From: Cetorhinus maximus
Taxonomy: Eukaryota
DNA length: 64,000 nt
Assembly: GCF_964194155.1 (NCBI RefSeq)
Contig: NC_135888.1
Span: 122,450,001-122,514,000, forward strand
Reading direction: 5' to 3'
The position numbers and the translations under genes were made by a program. Positions within the stretch are counted from its first letter, which is position 1; each line of letters starts with the position of its first letter. The notes below the pieces were generated by a model. It made no database searches. It saw nothing but the letters and a program-made list of their open reading frames with translations, and was not told the DNA's origin. Below, one piece after another: positions 25,905-38,477 of this stretch.

Positions 25905-27350
25905 GGGGAACATAGAGAATAGAAGCAGTAGGAAGTAATTCGGCCCTTCGAGCCTGCTGCGCCATTCAATAGGATCATGGCTGATCCTCCATCTCAACGT
26001 CACACTCCCGGTCTCTCCCCATACCCCTTGACACCTTTAGCGTCTAGAAATCTGTCTATTTCTTGATTGGTAAGGGGATCAAAGATTACTGGGAGAAGGC
26101 GGGAGAATGGGGTTGAGAAACTTATCAGCCATGATTGAATGGCGGAGCAGACTTGATGGGCCGAATGGCCTAATTTCTGCTCCTATGTCTTATGGTCTTA
26201 TGGTCTATTTCCTTCTTAATTATATTCAATGACGGCCTCCATAGCCTTCTGTGGTAGAGAATTCCACAGGTTCACTACCCTCTGAGTGAAGAAGTTTGCC
26301 TTCATCTCAGTCCTAAGTGGCCTACCCCACATCCTGAGACAGTGAACCCTTGCACTAGACCCCCCCAGCCAGAGGAAATATCATCCCTGCATCCAGCCCT
26401 GTCAGAATTTCATACCTTTTAATGAGATCCCCTCTCAATCTTCTGAACATCAGTGAATACAGGCCTAGTCCACCCAATCTCTCCTCATACAACAATCCTG
26501 CCACCCCACGAATCAGTCTGGTGAACCTTTGCTGCACTTCCTCTATGGCAAGTATATCCTTTCTTAGGTATGGAGACCAAAACTGCACACAATACTCCAG
26601 GTGTGGTCACCTGCAGTAAGACATCCTTGCTCCTGTACTTAAGTCCTCTCACAATGAAGGCCAACATACCATTTGCCTTCTTAACTGCTTGCTGAACCTG
26701 CATGCTTGCTTTCAGTGACTGGTGTACAAGGACACCCAGGTCCCTTTGTACATCAAATTTTCCCAATCTATAACATTTAAATAATACTCTGCCATTCTGT
26801 TTTTCCTATCGAAGTAGATAACTTCACATTTATCCACATTATACTGCATTTGCCATGTATTTGCCCACTCACTCAACTTGTCCAAGTCCCCTTGAAGCCT
26901 CTTAACATCCTCCTCACCACTCTCACCAAGTTTCGTGTCATCAGCAAACTTGGAAATATTACATCTGGTTCCCTCATCCCAATCATTGATATATATTGGG
27001 AACAACAGGGGACCAAGCACTGACCCCGAGGTGCCCCACTAGTCACCGCCTGTCACTCCAAAAAAGACCCATGTATTCCTACTCTGTTTCTGTCTGCTAA
27101 CCAATTCTCAATCCATGCCACTATATTACCCCCAATCCCCTGTACTTTAATTTTGCACACTAGCCTCTTATGTGGGACTTAATCAAAAGCTTTCTAAAAA
27201 TCCCAATACACCACATCCATGGTTCTCCTTTACCTATTCTTCTAGTTACGTCCTCAAAAAATTCCAGTAGATTTGTCAAACATGATTTCCCTTTCATAAT
27301 TCCACCTTGACTTTGTCTAACCCCATTGATATTTTCTAAGTGTCCTCGTC
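25905..27350 (-). mobile_element. CR1 LINE RT and 3' end, with a nested plus-strand CR1 tail at about 26063-26202
   Basis: LGPLLF.IYIND, KFADDTKL, QFWSPYL motifs. Confidence 0.9.
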
Positions 27351-27479
27351 CTGCGAGTGGTGCTTATAGGTCCATAGCAGTTCTTAAAACAAACTTTTCA
27401 ACAAATAAGATGACAATGATGGAATAGATGGTATTGAGGAATATCAATATAACATCACAAAAATATTAGTGCTATTTCT

Positions 27480-27775
27480 GCACTCTTGCAATTCTGGCCT
27501 CTTGGACAATCCCAGTTTTAATCGCTCCACTATTAGCGGTCATGCCTTCAGCTGCCTATGTTCTAAACTCTGTAGTTTTCTCCCTAAAACTCTCCATCTC
27601 TCTAGCCTCCTTGAAGACACTGCTCAAAACATTTTGACCAAGTTTTTGTTCACCTGTCCTAATATCTCCTTATATGGCTTAGTGTCAAATTATTTTGATA
27701 GCCCTCCTGTGAATCAACTTGTAATGTTTTACTACATTAAAGGCACAGTAAAATGCAAGCAATTGTTGTTTTAGG
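27480..27775 (+). mobile_element. L2 3' end
   Basis: Similar to 6000-6299. Confidence 0.65.
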
Positions 27776-28184
27776 ATCCCAACGTATTTCTACTCCAAAG
27801 ATTCACAATTTCCATATGGTAGTTTCGCAATCTTAAATGAGGCCGAGACTGGAAGCTCCAACTCCCACTAGTATTCCCATCACCTGCAACACTTTCCATT
27901 CATTCACAGACAAAAGACGTAAGCTGAACAGGTAGGTCCACACTTATGAACTTAATCGGCCAGTGCGCTACAGTTACCCTTAAGTGAATTATTTTACACT
28001 GAACGTCCTCTACTTATTCCAATATGCAGAAAACTATAATACTGATAGATCATATTATTCAAGAAAAAAATGCAAATGCAAATATCAGAAATATGAATAA
28101 CGCAGAAGCAAGATAAACTATTAAATAAACAACAACTTTGCAGAAAAGTTGAAACTGTACTTGAAGCCATAGGTACTTAATCAT

Positions 28185-28345
28185 TCACACCTTCCCTGAC
28201 AACACTGTAGGTGTACCTACACCACAGGGACTGCAGCGATTCAAGAAGGCAGCTCACCACCACCTTCTCAAGGGCAATTAGGGATGGGCAATAAATACCG
28301 GCTGAGCCAGTGATGCCCACATCCCATAAATGAATAAAAAAAACA
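28185..28345 (+). mobile_element. 3' tail of the tRNA-headed LINE family
   Basis: TTCAAGAAGGCAGCTCACCACCACCTTCTCAAGGGCAATTAGGGATGGGCAATAAA followed by an A-rich end. Confidence 0.8.
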
Positions 28346-28429
28346 TTGGCTGTGTACTCTCACTGAATGTGTGCTTCCATTTTTGTTCCCTGCTCCCCTC
28401 AATAAAAACATGCATTTGGTGCTTCACAG

Positions 28430-29700
28430 CAATGTAATTAGACAAAAACTGACACCGAGCCAAAGAAGACGTAAGGTAGGGAAGAGAAAGATGACTAAAA
28501 TCTTATTCAAGTTGGCTGATTTCAAGCAGGGTATTAAGAGAGGGGGCTGGAGAGGTTTACGGAGGAATTCCAGGGCTCAGGGTCGAGATGGCTCATGCAA
28601 TGACTCTCAACGTTGAAGGGATTTCAGAGAGCATAAGGGGCTAAAGCTGAAGGAATGCTGAGTTCCCAAAGGGTTGTAGAGTTTGACAATGTTATAGAGT
28701 TAGGAAGGGGTGATGTCATGCAAGGATCTGAACAGAAACGTGAGAATTTTTAATTTGAAATACTGGGAGAATGGGAACCAATGTAGATCAGTGAACATGG
28801 AGTGATGGGTGAAGTGGTCTTAGTTCGGGTTAGGGTACACACAGCAGAGTTTTGGATGAGTTGAAGTTTAGGAAGGATTAAGGATGTGAGGACAGCCAGG
28901 GGACCATTGGATTGGTCGAGTCTGGGGGTGTGGATGAAGGATCTAGCAGCAAATGGGCTGAGGTGGAAACAAGCAGCTTTGAAGATAAAAGTTTGTGCTT
29001 TTGTGGAGGACAGGATGTGGGACCAGAAGCTCACTATGGGTCAAAAAGGATACTGCAGTTGTTAACAATCTGGTTCAATCTGAGACAATAGGTGGGGAGG
29101 GAGATGAAATCAGTGGCAAGAACATGAAATCTTTGGCTTGGACTGAAAGATGATGGCTTTGGTCTTTCCAATGTTTAACTGAAGGAACTTGTGACTCACC
29201 TAGGACTAGATGTCAGACAACATACAAGCAGTGTAGCGGTCAAGGGAAGTAGTGGAGAGGTAATGCTGAGTGGCATCAGCGTACATGTTAGGACCCCAAG
29301 TTTTCAGATGAAGTCACATAAATGAAGAACAGAGATAATGATATAGGAACAAAAGCCATTGCTGGAGATACTCTAGGTTTGGTTGCAGAGGTAAGAGTGG
29401 AACCAAATGAGAACAGTTTTACTGAGTGGAACAACAGAGCGGAGGTGTTGGAGGAAATAACATGGTCAACTAAGTTGAAGGCTGCAGAGAGGTTATAGGA
29501 TAGTGCACCACAGTCATAATCACAGAGGATGTCATTTGTGACTTGGATTAGGGCTGATTCAGTGTGAGAAATCTAATTGTAGAGATTCAAACTTGGAGTT
29601 AAGTGAAAGTCTTGGTTAGTGACATTGCAATTAAAGAATTTGAGAAGAAAGGAACATTGAAATGGGGTGGTAATTTTGAGGAGGGGACAATGGCAGCAAT
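28430..29700 (-). mobile_element. Old L2 LINE
   Basis: RLDQSN..LQLIQNSA motif on the minus strand. Confidence 0.6.
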
Positions 29701-30055
29701 TCTGAAAGGTGTCTGGGAAGAGGCAGGTGTGCCTGACAGGATGTTTCCTCTTGTGGGAGAACTAGGGGTCACTGTTTAAAAATAAGGGGTCGCTCATTTA
29801 AGACAAAGATGAAAAGAAATTTTCTCTCTCAGAGGGTAGTAAGTCTTTGGAACTCCCTTCCTCAAAAGGCAGCGGAAGCAGAGTCTTTGCATGTTTTCAA
29901 GGCAGAGGTAGATAGATGCTCGATGGACAAGGGGGTGAAGGGTTACTGGGGGTAGGCAGGACATTACAGTCAGATCAGCCATGATCTTATTGAATGTCGG
30001 AACAGGCTCGAAGAGCCAAAAGGCATACTCCTGCTCCTTGTTTGTGTGTTCATAA
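29700..30055 (+). mobile_element. CR1 3' end
   Basis: CR1 3' UTR ending ...CTCCTGCTCC. Confidence 0.75.
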
Positions 30056-30960
30056 GAGAGAAAACCATTTAAAATGTTGACTACAACGGGCCAGGGAGGA
30101 AAATTAGATGGAGATAAATTCAAGGGAGCAGGGGATCAGTCACATGGACAAGGTGAGCTCAGAGGGCACAGGATATATAGGAAAGAAAGTAGAGCAAGAG
30201 GCTATTACTTCATATTTCTCTGTATTAAACTGCTTCTGTCACCTGACTTCCCATTTCTCCTGTTTATATTGTCCTGAAGTGTTTTACTGCTCTTCTACTT
30301 CTGTCACCAGCAAATTTGCATACACTCTATTCCGAGGAATGGCACTGACCCTTGGGATACATCACTTCCCTCCTGCAATCTAAGCATTACAGTTTAATCC
30401 CAACCCAATTTTTTCCCTGACATCAACCTACATTCTATCTCAGCTACTATATTTTTCCTATCCTAGAAGCTTGATTTTTTTAAAAACAAGCCTCCCCTGA
30501 GATACCTTATTTAATGGCTTCTCAAAATCCAACATCTTATTTACCCAACTTCAAAAAACTAATAAAGTTTCCAAACGTTACTCAACTTAGGCAAATGCAT
30601 GTTGATTCTCCACGATTATTCCAAGCATTTATAAATGCTCGCTAATTTGACTTTGAATTATGAATTTTAAGAGTTTGTCCATGAGGGTCATTCAACGAAC
30701 TGATCTACAATTACCAGCTTATTCTTCCTGAACAACAATTTTAGAATAACTTCCAAACACTAGAGCTTATAGCTTAGAATATAAAAAAGTTTGATTTTAT
30801 CGGAGATCATAATTGATGCAAACTGTCAACCCTCCAATACATTGAGACCTATAGCAGCAAAATGTAGTTAACAAACGAGAAAGGTTGTGTAGTTCACCAA
30901 CAATCTTTTCGTTTTCTCTTCCCATTTTCTTAAGAATAATATTTTTTTTTTTTTACTCAC

Positions 30961-31076
30961 TTCAGACCATTTCCATCATCCAAAAATAAATATTTGGGAC
31001 TCATATCATGAAGATTAAGTCTAGGATTCTTTCCTCGCTGAAGGATTTTATCCCATAGGACCACTTGATTCAATGC
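30961..31076 (-). CDS. SPCS3: SPCS3-like exon 4 ([39 protein letters not shown])
   Basis: Acceptor gtag|GCA, donor AA|gtgagt, 116 bp. Family motifs NQVVLWDKI and DDGNGL. Confidence 0.95.
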
Positions 31077-31368
31077 CTACATTGTAAGTTAACAGAACAA
31101 AGATAGAAGAAATTAATAAAAATAGGTGCAGGAAGGAATTTTAAGACTGTACTATACCGTCAAGTAAATATTACTATAAGGCACAGGACAGAGCAATAAC
31201 GTATCACTGTGCATTACTACAAAAGAATCAGGTTACTGAAAAAATGGAACATCATACTCAAACAAATAATGATTAACGGTAAGAATACATAAACAGCACA
31301 TCCAAATAGATGAATTTTAGGCAGTCTGCACAGCTTCAATGCATCACATATAGACAAATTCAACTTAC

Positions 31369-31445
31369 ATTCTTCTCTGTAGCATATTCCACTGCTAGAT
31401 ACAGGAAAAGCTGCTTAACATTCCAATTGAATACTGGCCCCAGAT
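31369..31445 (-). CDS. SPCS3: SPCS3-like exon 3 (DLGPVFNWNVKQLFLYLAVEYATEKN)
   Basis: AC acceptor preceded by U12 branch site TTCCTTTAAC. Donor AAT|gtaagt, 77 bp. WNVKQLFLYL motif. Confidence 0.93.
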
Positions 31446-32926
31446 GTAGATAAATAGTTAAAGGAAATATGGGTTCTGGATAAATTCATTTAATAGAAGT
31501 CCTCAACAATAAGTGATAAAATGGCTATTTGCCAAATAAGAATCATATAAAATGACCTCATAATAGCTTCCTTTCTAGGCTGTGCTCTGTTTTTTCTTTT
31601 CTTGGGCCTATCAAAACAGCTGCTCAGGTGCACAACAGCAGCCAAGGATGACTGTTTCTGCAATCTGCTCTCAAAGAAGACAGAATAATTAGAAAAATGA
31701 GATAACAAAAAAGAAATCAGAGAATTTGAAAAAGCTAATAGAATGTAGTACCTTAGTTCAAATCCAGCCCAAAGTGAGAAGGTGAACCCCACTTCTGTCT
31801 GCTGACTTTAAGGGCATTGCATGAAGCCAATTTGGACATCCTAAAAACTGGCCATTATTCAGCATTAAATACCACTAAGTTTGCATTAACAATCCAAACA
31901 GAATGGCTGGAGAGTGAAAGGAAAAACATTACACTGGAACACTGAGGGGTGGCCCTCAAGATTGGGCTGAGGCGTGCTATATAGATAGTGTAGGCAGCTT
32001 CACTTACATCTAACTGTTATAATGCAGAAACGTTATTTCTGTCAGCGAGTGTTAAATCTATGGAACAGGCTTCATAGGGACATGGTGGAAAAGATCATAT
32101 TGAATGAATCAATACTATCAAATTCAAATGAGATACACTTCTTTCAGAAAATATTTTGTGATACAGTATGAGTAATATATGACATCTGATAAATATAACA
32201 TGCTTGGGAAGAACAGGTGACTTTGGATCTAAGATTCCCAAAGATCTCCACAGCCTGGGGTTGTTTCACTTCATAGAAACAAAGTGCACAGCAGAAGGCC
32301 ATTTGGTCCATTGCACCTGTGCCAAATCTTTGAAAGAGCTATTCAATTAACCCCTTTCCCCTGTTCTTTTGCATTAGTTCTGCAATTTTCTCTTTTTCAT
32401 GCATATATCTAATTCCTTTGTGATTGTGCTATTGGATCTGCTTCCACCAGTTTTATCAGGTCACTGCACCAGTTTTATTCTAGATCCTAACAACTTAGTG
32501 CAGAACAAAATGTCTCCTCATTTCTCCTCTGAATACCTTTGACCATTGTCTTACATGTTCTGGTTGCTGACCCTCCTGTCAGTGGAAACAGTACAATGTT
32601 CTTTTTTGGTCTGGCTAGCCTCAAGTATTTTTCTGTTTTCAGATTACATAGCGAATGCTGGGCAGGCAGGTATTGATGCTTCATGCGTTGCAAGTTGTGT
32701 GTGGAATTCAAAGGACCTGCTGTTGTTGAAATTTGTAAAATAAATGCCATTATTAAATAATACCATCATTATCTTTGAACCATGTGACTACCGAGGTGGT
32801 AGAAGACAACCGAGATGGACCTTTGTCTTTTTTCATTGAGCAATTCCTACATTCCTATACCTAACCTGGGATTCCCAGTCCTCAGCTTGATGAACAGAAC
32901 TGTGAATCAAGTACGAAAAAGGATAT
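31446..32926 (-). other. U12-type (minor spliceosome) AT-AC intron 2 of the SPCS3-like gene
   Basis: 5' splice site ATATCCTTT from 32926, branch site TTCCTTTAAC at 31466-31457, terminal AC at 31447-31446. Joining these ends keeps the frame (GTT G|AT CTG). Confidence 0.92.
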
Positions 32927-32991
32927 CAACATAAACGCTAAAATTTACAGATCCTAAATCATACTTTCCAGTGTAGTCTTCATATTTTTTT
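32927..32991 (-). CDS. SPCS3: SPCS3-like exon 2 (KKYEDYTGKYDLGSVNFSVYV)
   Basis: Acceptor atttcag|A, U12 donor G|atatcctt, 65 bp. Aligns to the recalled human [24 protein letters not shown] with a 3-aa deletion. Confidence 0.88.
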
Positions 32992-34199
32992 CTGAAATAG
33001 AAACAAAACATGTACTCCAAAACACAGGCAACACTCCTTCTCTTCCTCTCCCTGATACTACGCTCTTATTTTCCCTACATTTTAAGCAGATGAAGCTTTA
33101 CCTTATCATTTCACATACTTGAAGCTATTTTTTTTAATACTGTGAAAAATATACAATTCACAAAATCCTATTTTATGGGTGAAAAAGTTAGTTGATCCCT
33201 ACTTAGGCGATGTTCCAGTATACACCCATTACAATTTAAATACAGATAAGGCAACAGGAATTTTTTTGAAAAGCAATAAATTATTCAGCCATTTTGCAGA
33301 GTTTTCCAGAGTGAAGAGGGTTTAAGATTTCGGCTGGTATTGGACATCTTTGCTTCTGCAGTAAAGAGAAATATAAACAACTTTTGAGAAGTTTGCACCA
33401 CATACTGGTGCCTGCCACAGAAGCTTTCATACAATAATAGCCGGGTCATTTTCACTGCTGTGAAATACTGCCAGCATAGACAATGTGAATACAAGGCAGC
33501 AGTTGGCTGGGAGGGATTGATTAGGCAGTAATTCAATTAATAAGTTAAGATATTATAAATCGAGATAGCAAAGCCCACATAATACCTGGCTTAAACTGAC
33601 ACCTGGTGCTGTAATTCCGGGCCCAACAATCAAATCCATGGGGTGGCATCGCTCATGCATGATGACGTTCACACTGAAAGAGTAACAATTGTGACGTCAT
33701 TACTGCAGGGATTATCAGGGAATTTTCTGCCACACAGTATGTAAAAGTAATGGGTGTATACTTAAAGCAAATTAATAAGAATGTTACCATTATTTCTGCA
33801 CATTATTCTAATAGCAAATTGGGGAAAAACAGGAATAAACTATTTGGTACACCCAAACTACCATAAATTTCTTTTTCTGTTCCCATTCATGATCATCCAA
33901 AATGACACACAAACTGTCTTATGGCAACCAGTTTTGAAGCAATCTTTTTTCATAATGTTTGAATTATGGACAAATTGAGAAGAATATACTGCAACTAAGA
34001 GAATTAAAGGATCAAGTGACAACGAGGATCACAGCCTGTAAATATGAATAGGAAACAAGAATACTGATGAATAAAACATAATACCAAGACATTAATTCAT
34101 TGAAGGAGGTAGGTTCAGGGGAGATACTTACAAGTATACCCATTGTAGATGGGGAATAAAACTCATTTTTAAACTTCTTACTTTGTACTATTCCCCTGC

Positions 34200-34986
34200 A
34201 TCATCAACGGACCAAAGAGGGACGTGTTTGGTTAATATCAACCACAAGCTCCACACCAATTTGCACCAATACCACTTGTGGTATTCGCCACTAACAGGAT
34301 GCTGCTGTCAAGGCAAAAATATGTTCTGCCTATCACACAAATGAGTAATGTGAATTTCAGTGTCAGTGTGATGCTAGGTATGTAGGCTGTACATTTCAAA
34401 GACTAGTGGATTGTATCAAACAGCATGTCCCAGCCGCTGTTTGCAATGGGCAGTGTACAGACTGCACCCAACCAGCTCGTGCTTGCAAAACTCAAAGAGT
34501 GTCCAACATTAGATGTGATTCTGCGATTGGATAGCACTTGCTAAATAATTCTTAGTGTGCTAATAATTATGCTGACAACCAATTTAAGATTGTCAGTCGG
34601 GCTCGTAATGTGGCACATTTGCGTGTCCTGGAAGCTACATTAATACACAGGGCCCTGTTCTTTGCAGACAGAAAAAACATGTACATACATTGCGCCTATT
34701 TCAGCTAACTCATTCCTCAAGGCAATGCCTTTGCCAATCAGGGTCAAGCTGTCTGGTTTAAATTTCAAACGATGCTTGGCAGCTATCTGTCAGTCACCAT
34801 CAGTGCTGCATTCTCCATGGCAATGCCACTTGCCAACCAATCAGCACTCTCTTCACATACAGTATAAATTGTTGTTTTCCACCTTATACTGGTATTCTTG
34901 TGAGTGTCCTGATGAATGCAAGCTAAAAAGCTTAGACCTGTCTCTTTTTTTCAGCAATACCCAAGTTCTGTATTACCAAACAACTA
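34200..34986 (+). mobile_element. Penelope-like element 3' fragment with pseudo-LTR and hammerhead motif
   Basis: Collinear with 35460-36250. GTC-CTGATGA...AAAAGCTTAGAC at 34906-34938. Confidence 0.8.
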
Positions 34987-35082
34987 AATGACAAATTAAG
35001 GAATGGGATAGTAATAAAAGGAACTGTAGTGCGTTAAGGGATAGACAATAATGGCAGAACAACAGATTGCCAAGTAGTGCCA

Positions 35083-36250
35083 AGGTATGTGGATGATATG
35101 TTTGCTATATTTAAATCCGCAGCTGCATGTAATAATTTCCTTACATGTCTTAATGGGCTCCATCCTGCGCTCAAATTCACCGATGAAATGGAGCAGTCAA
35201 ATAAACTCCCTTTCCTGACATACTAGTTGAGAAATCTGCCAGGGGGGTTCTTTACCACAGTCTACTGCAAGCCTACTTTCACTGGTCAATATACACATTG
35301 GGATTCTAACAGTTCCACACACTATAAGATTGGCCTTATAAGCAATCTTGTAATTAGGGCCCGAGCCATTTGCTCACCATGCAAGCTTGATGCTGAAATA
35401 GGGCGCATCCTGCAGAATAACGGCTACCCTGATCAGATAATTTTGCGCTGCATATCTCATGAACGGGCCTAAGGTTATCACTTTCGGCCCTGAAAAGTGC
35501 CCAATCTACCTCAGGTTACCCTGGAAGGGCAAGGTACCTCAAAAATTTGAGCAACAGGGGAATTTAGCTGTTTCACGCTGCTACTATGCAGTAGCAACAC
35601 GAGTGGCATTCACCACTAACAGGAGGCTGCCGTCAAGCCAAAAATACGTTCTACCTATCACACAAATGAGGAATGTGGTATATGAATTTCGGCGCCAGTA
35701 TGATGCTAGGTATGTAGGCCGTACATCCCAAAGACTGCAAGTCATATCAACCAGTCTGTGCTTGCAAAACTCAAAACACAGTGTCCAACATTAGATGTGA
35801 CTCCGCGATTGGACAACATTTGCTAAATAACCCTCAGTGTGCTAAGAATTACGCTCACAACCAATTTAAGATTGTCAGTCGGGTTTGCAGTGTGGCACAT
35901 TTGCGTGTACTATAAGCTATATATATATATTAATACACAGGCCTGGTTCCTTGCAGACAGAAGGAGCATGTACACACATTATGCCTGTTTCAGCTAAACA
36001 AAATAAGCGACAGCCATTTGCTGTCAAGATGCCTGGTTCAAATTTCAAATGATGCTTGGTAATTAACTGTCAGTCACCATCAACTGGTGTACTCTCCATG
36101 ACAATGCCTCTACCAGAGTCCACTTGCCAACCAATTAGCATTCTCTTCTCATACAGTATAAATTTGTTGTCTCCCTTAGGACATTTCGCAAGAATGCAAA
36201 TCCAAGTGCAAGAGGAAAATCTTTAACAAAAATCTCTTTTTTCCAGCAAG
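35083..36250 (+). mobile_element. Penelope-like element (RT C-terminus plus GIY-YIG endonuclease)
   Basis: RYVDDMF RT motif, TVYCKPTFTGQY, LQNNGYP. VVYEF...YVGRTSQRL is the GIY-YIG motif. Confidence 0.88.
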
Positions 36251-36379
36251 ACTGCCAAGAATAATATTAATCTTTATTATAATGAAAAACTAAGATGACA
36301 TTAAGCAAAACTGATGCAGTGGGGTAGTATTATTAAATAAAAAATCCACACAGTCTGAAGCAATAGGTGAGTATCCTCA

Positions 36380-36910
36380 ACGCCAGCTCAGCTTCAAATC
36401 CTATGTTGCTCCAACAGCAAAGCCACCTAGTCAAACATCACTAGCCCAGATTTCCACTGTAGTTAAAACTCTCATTTGCACCTTTTTTACCTCAAAGTTT
36501 GATGTTTTTACCCCAACCTACAAAAATCTAACTCATCTAGAGTTCTGCAGGCTCCATCTTTTCCGATGCAATTTCATCCACATGTTTCATCTCTACTGGC
36601 TCCCTGCACCTCAGCACAAATTTCAAAATCTTCACACTCTGTCATGGCCTCACTCTACGTTCTATTACACATCCTCTTCTCTTCCAACATTTGGTCACTT
36701 GGCACCTCCCCCTTTCTGTTGCTCTACCATGGGTGCCAGAGCCTTCAGGCACCATACCCCTGGACTTTGCATATCATGTCTCAAACCTTCATTACCTTGC
36801 CCGAACACTCTTTATTCTCAAAAGGTACCTTCTGTGCTTCAGATCATTTCTCATTTCAACCTTTCCTTCTGCTTAATGTAAACTATCATAAATAAATGTA
36901 ACTTATTGCT
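36380..36910 (+). mobile_element. Old L2 3' fragment
   Basis: Degenerate L.WLP...FK motif and tail. Confidence 0.5.
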
Positions 36911-37309
36911 CCAAATTGTATCAAATTAAATATAATTAGAATTAATAAAAAGTTATGTGACCGTTTCTACAATCTGTCCTCAGAATAGTATTATAAATTG
37001 TGACATATTTGAAAGCCAGTATGCAATTGTAATTGGGATATTAAAAGAAAGTAACAAACCAATAACATTGTCAAAGTTATAATGGAGACATATTAAAGAT
37101 AATCAAGAGTTAATATTTATAAGCTATGACCCAGTCTCCACCACCACCACCACCCATTTGCAGATAGGAGAGTATTCCAAGTTATCGGACAAGATAAATT
37201 GAAGACACAATAAATAAGAGAAAATAATAAGCTAAATGAGCAACTGCTCAAAGAAGCATTACAGGCCTTTTGGTCTAACTGATCTATGTTAGTATATAGA
37301 GGAGGTAGA

Positions 37310-37770
37310 TTTTTTTTTTTAAATCGGGTGTTGAGGGCTATGAGGAGCTGGCACGAAAGAGGAGTTGAGGCCTGGGGCAGATCAGCCATGATCTTATTGA
37401 ATGACGGGGAAGGCTTGAGGGGCCGAATGGCCTACACCTGCTCCTACTTCTTATGTTCTCCCATCCTACTTCATCTGACTGCCAGATTCTTGTTCCTTTC
37501 TCCTTCGTGTACTTACCTAGCTTCCCCTTAAAGGCATCTATTCCACGCACCTCATCTACTTCATGCAAATAGCAAGTTCCACATTCTAACCATTCTTCGG
37601 TGTTATTCCTGAGTTCTTTACTGAAATTATATTTATGGCCTCTAGTTTTGGACTCCCCCACAAACAGAACCATCTTCCGCCTAGCCTTAATTTTGGAGAC
37701 CTACCTGTTTTAGGCCACCCCTCTCAGCCTTCTCTTTCCAGAGAACAAAGCCCCCAGCCTTTCCTGACAA
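37310..37770. mobile_element. Two CR1 3' fragments in opposite orientation
   Basis: Plus-strand tail 37310-37460. Minus-strand RRLRG / ESKTRGH fragment 37460-37770. Confidence 0.65.
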
Positions 37771-37923
37771 CTGCCAATTATTGCATTAGGGATATAACTT
37801 AAGAGCCCAAGGCCCAGTTTCCACTGTCGGGGGCAGTCGCACCGAGGAAACGAGGTAATGGTTTGTGGAGAGCTCGCCCTCGGCCCCCGGCCCCCTCCTC
37901 CCCCCGCCCCGGTCCACACTCAC

Positions 37924-38066
37924 AGAGAGATGCCGCTCACACTGATGCTGACCGGTACCCGGGACTGCCGGAACACTGTACTCAGGAGCACCAGCACGGT
38001 CAGCGCCGCCATCACCATCACCGTGAAGGCGAACAGCGAGTTGAACCGCGAGATCAGGTTGTTCAT
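37924..38066 (-). CDS. SPCS3: SPCS3-like exon 1 (MNNLISRFNSLFAFTVMVMAALTVLVLLSTVFRQSRVPVSISVSGISL), signal-anchor TM; full protein 177 aa
   Basis: In a CpG island. ATG at 38066, donor CT|gtgagt, 143 bp. Resembles the recalled human MNTVLSRANSLFAFSLSVMAALT. Confidence 0.93.
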
Positions 38067-38399
38067 CTTCCCGGGCGCCCGGCTCCAGGAGCAAGGTGTA
38101 CAAACAGACCCAGCGCACAAAACACTCCGGTCCAACCGCTGCAACTCGGCATAAAGGTTCCCAGTCCCCTTTTTACCCCCCTCCCACACCTCCCCCTCTC
38201 TCTCTCTCTCTCTCTATCTCTGTGCAGCTTTGTCTTGCACCTGCTCTATCTCAAGACTCCCCAACCGCACATCTGCTTTTTAAACCTTCCCCTCAAGACT
38301 CAGATTTCCAAATAGAATAAGCTAATGAGTTTCGATAATTCTTTCGAGTTATCAACAGTCACAGATTGCAACTCTGTCGAGTACCATCACAGTTCTTGG

Positions 38400-38477
38400 T
38401 TTCCGGGAGTGGGACACGAACCCACAACCCTCTGATTCAAAGGCGAGGGTGCTATGAACTGAGCCACAGCTGACACC
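38400..38477 (-). mobile_element. Isolated tRNA-derived SINE head upstream of the SPCS3-like gene
   Basis: TGTCAGCTGTGGCTCAGTT...GGGTTCGTGTCCCACTCC resembles the head of 23776-24190. Confidence 0.6.

Noticed and set aside
37786-38315. Several overlapping ORFs at the CpG island
   Set aside because: These are GC-rich shadow frames of SPCS3-like exon 1.
38400-38477. tRNA gene
   Set aside because: It matches the SINE head seen at 23776, the A box is degenerate, and I could not form a convincing cloverleaf.
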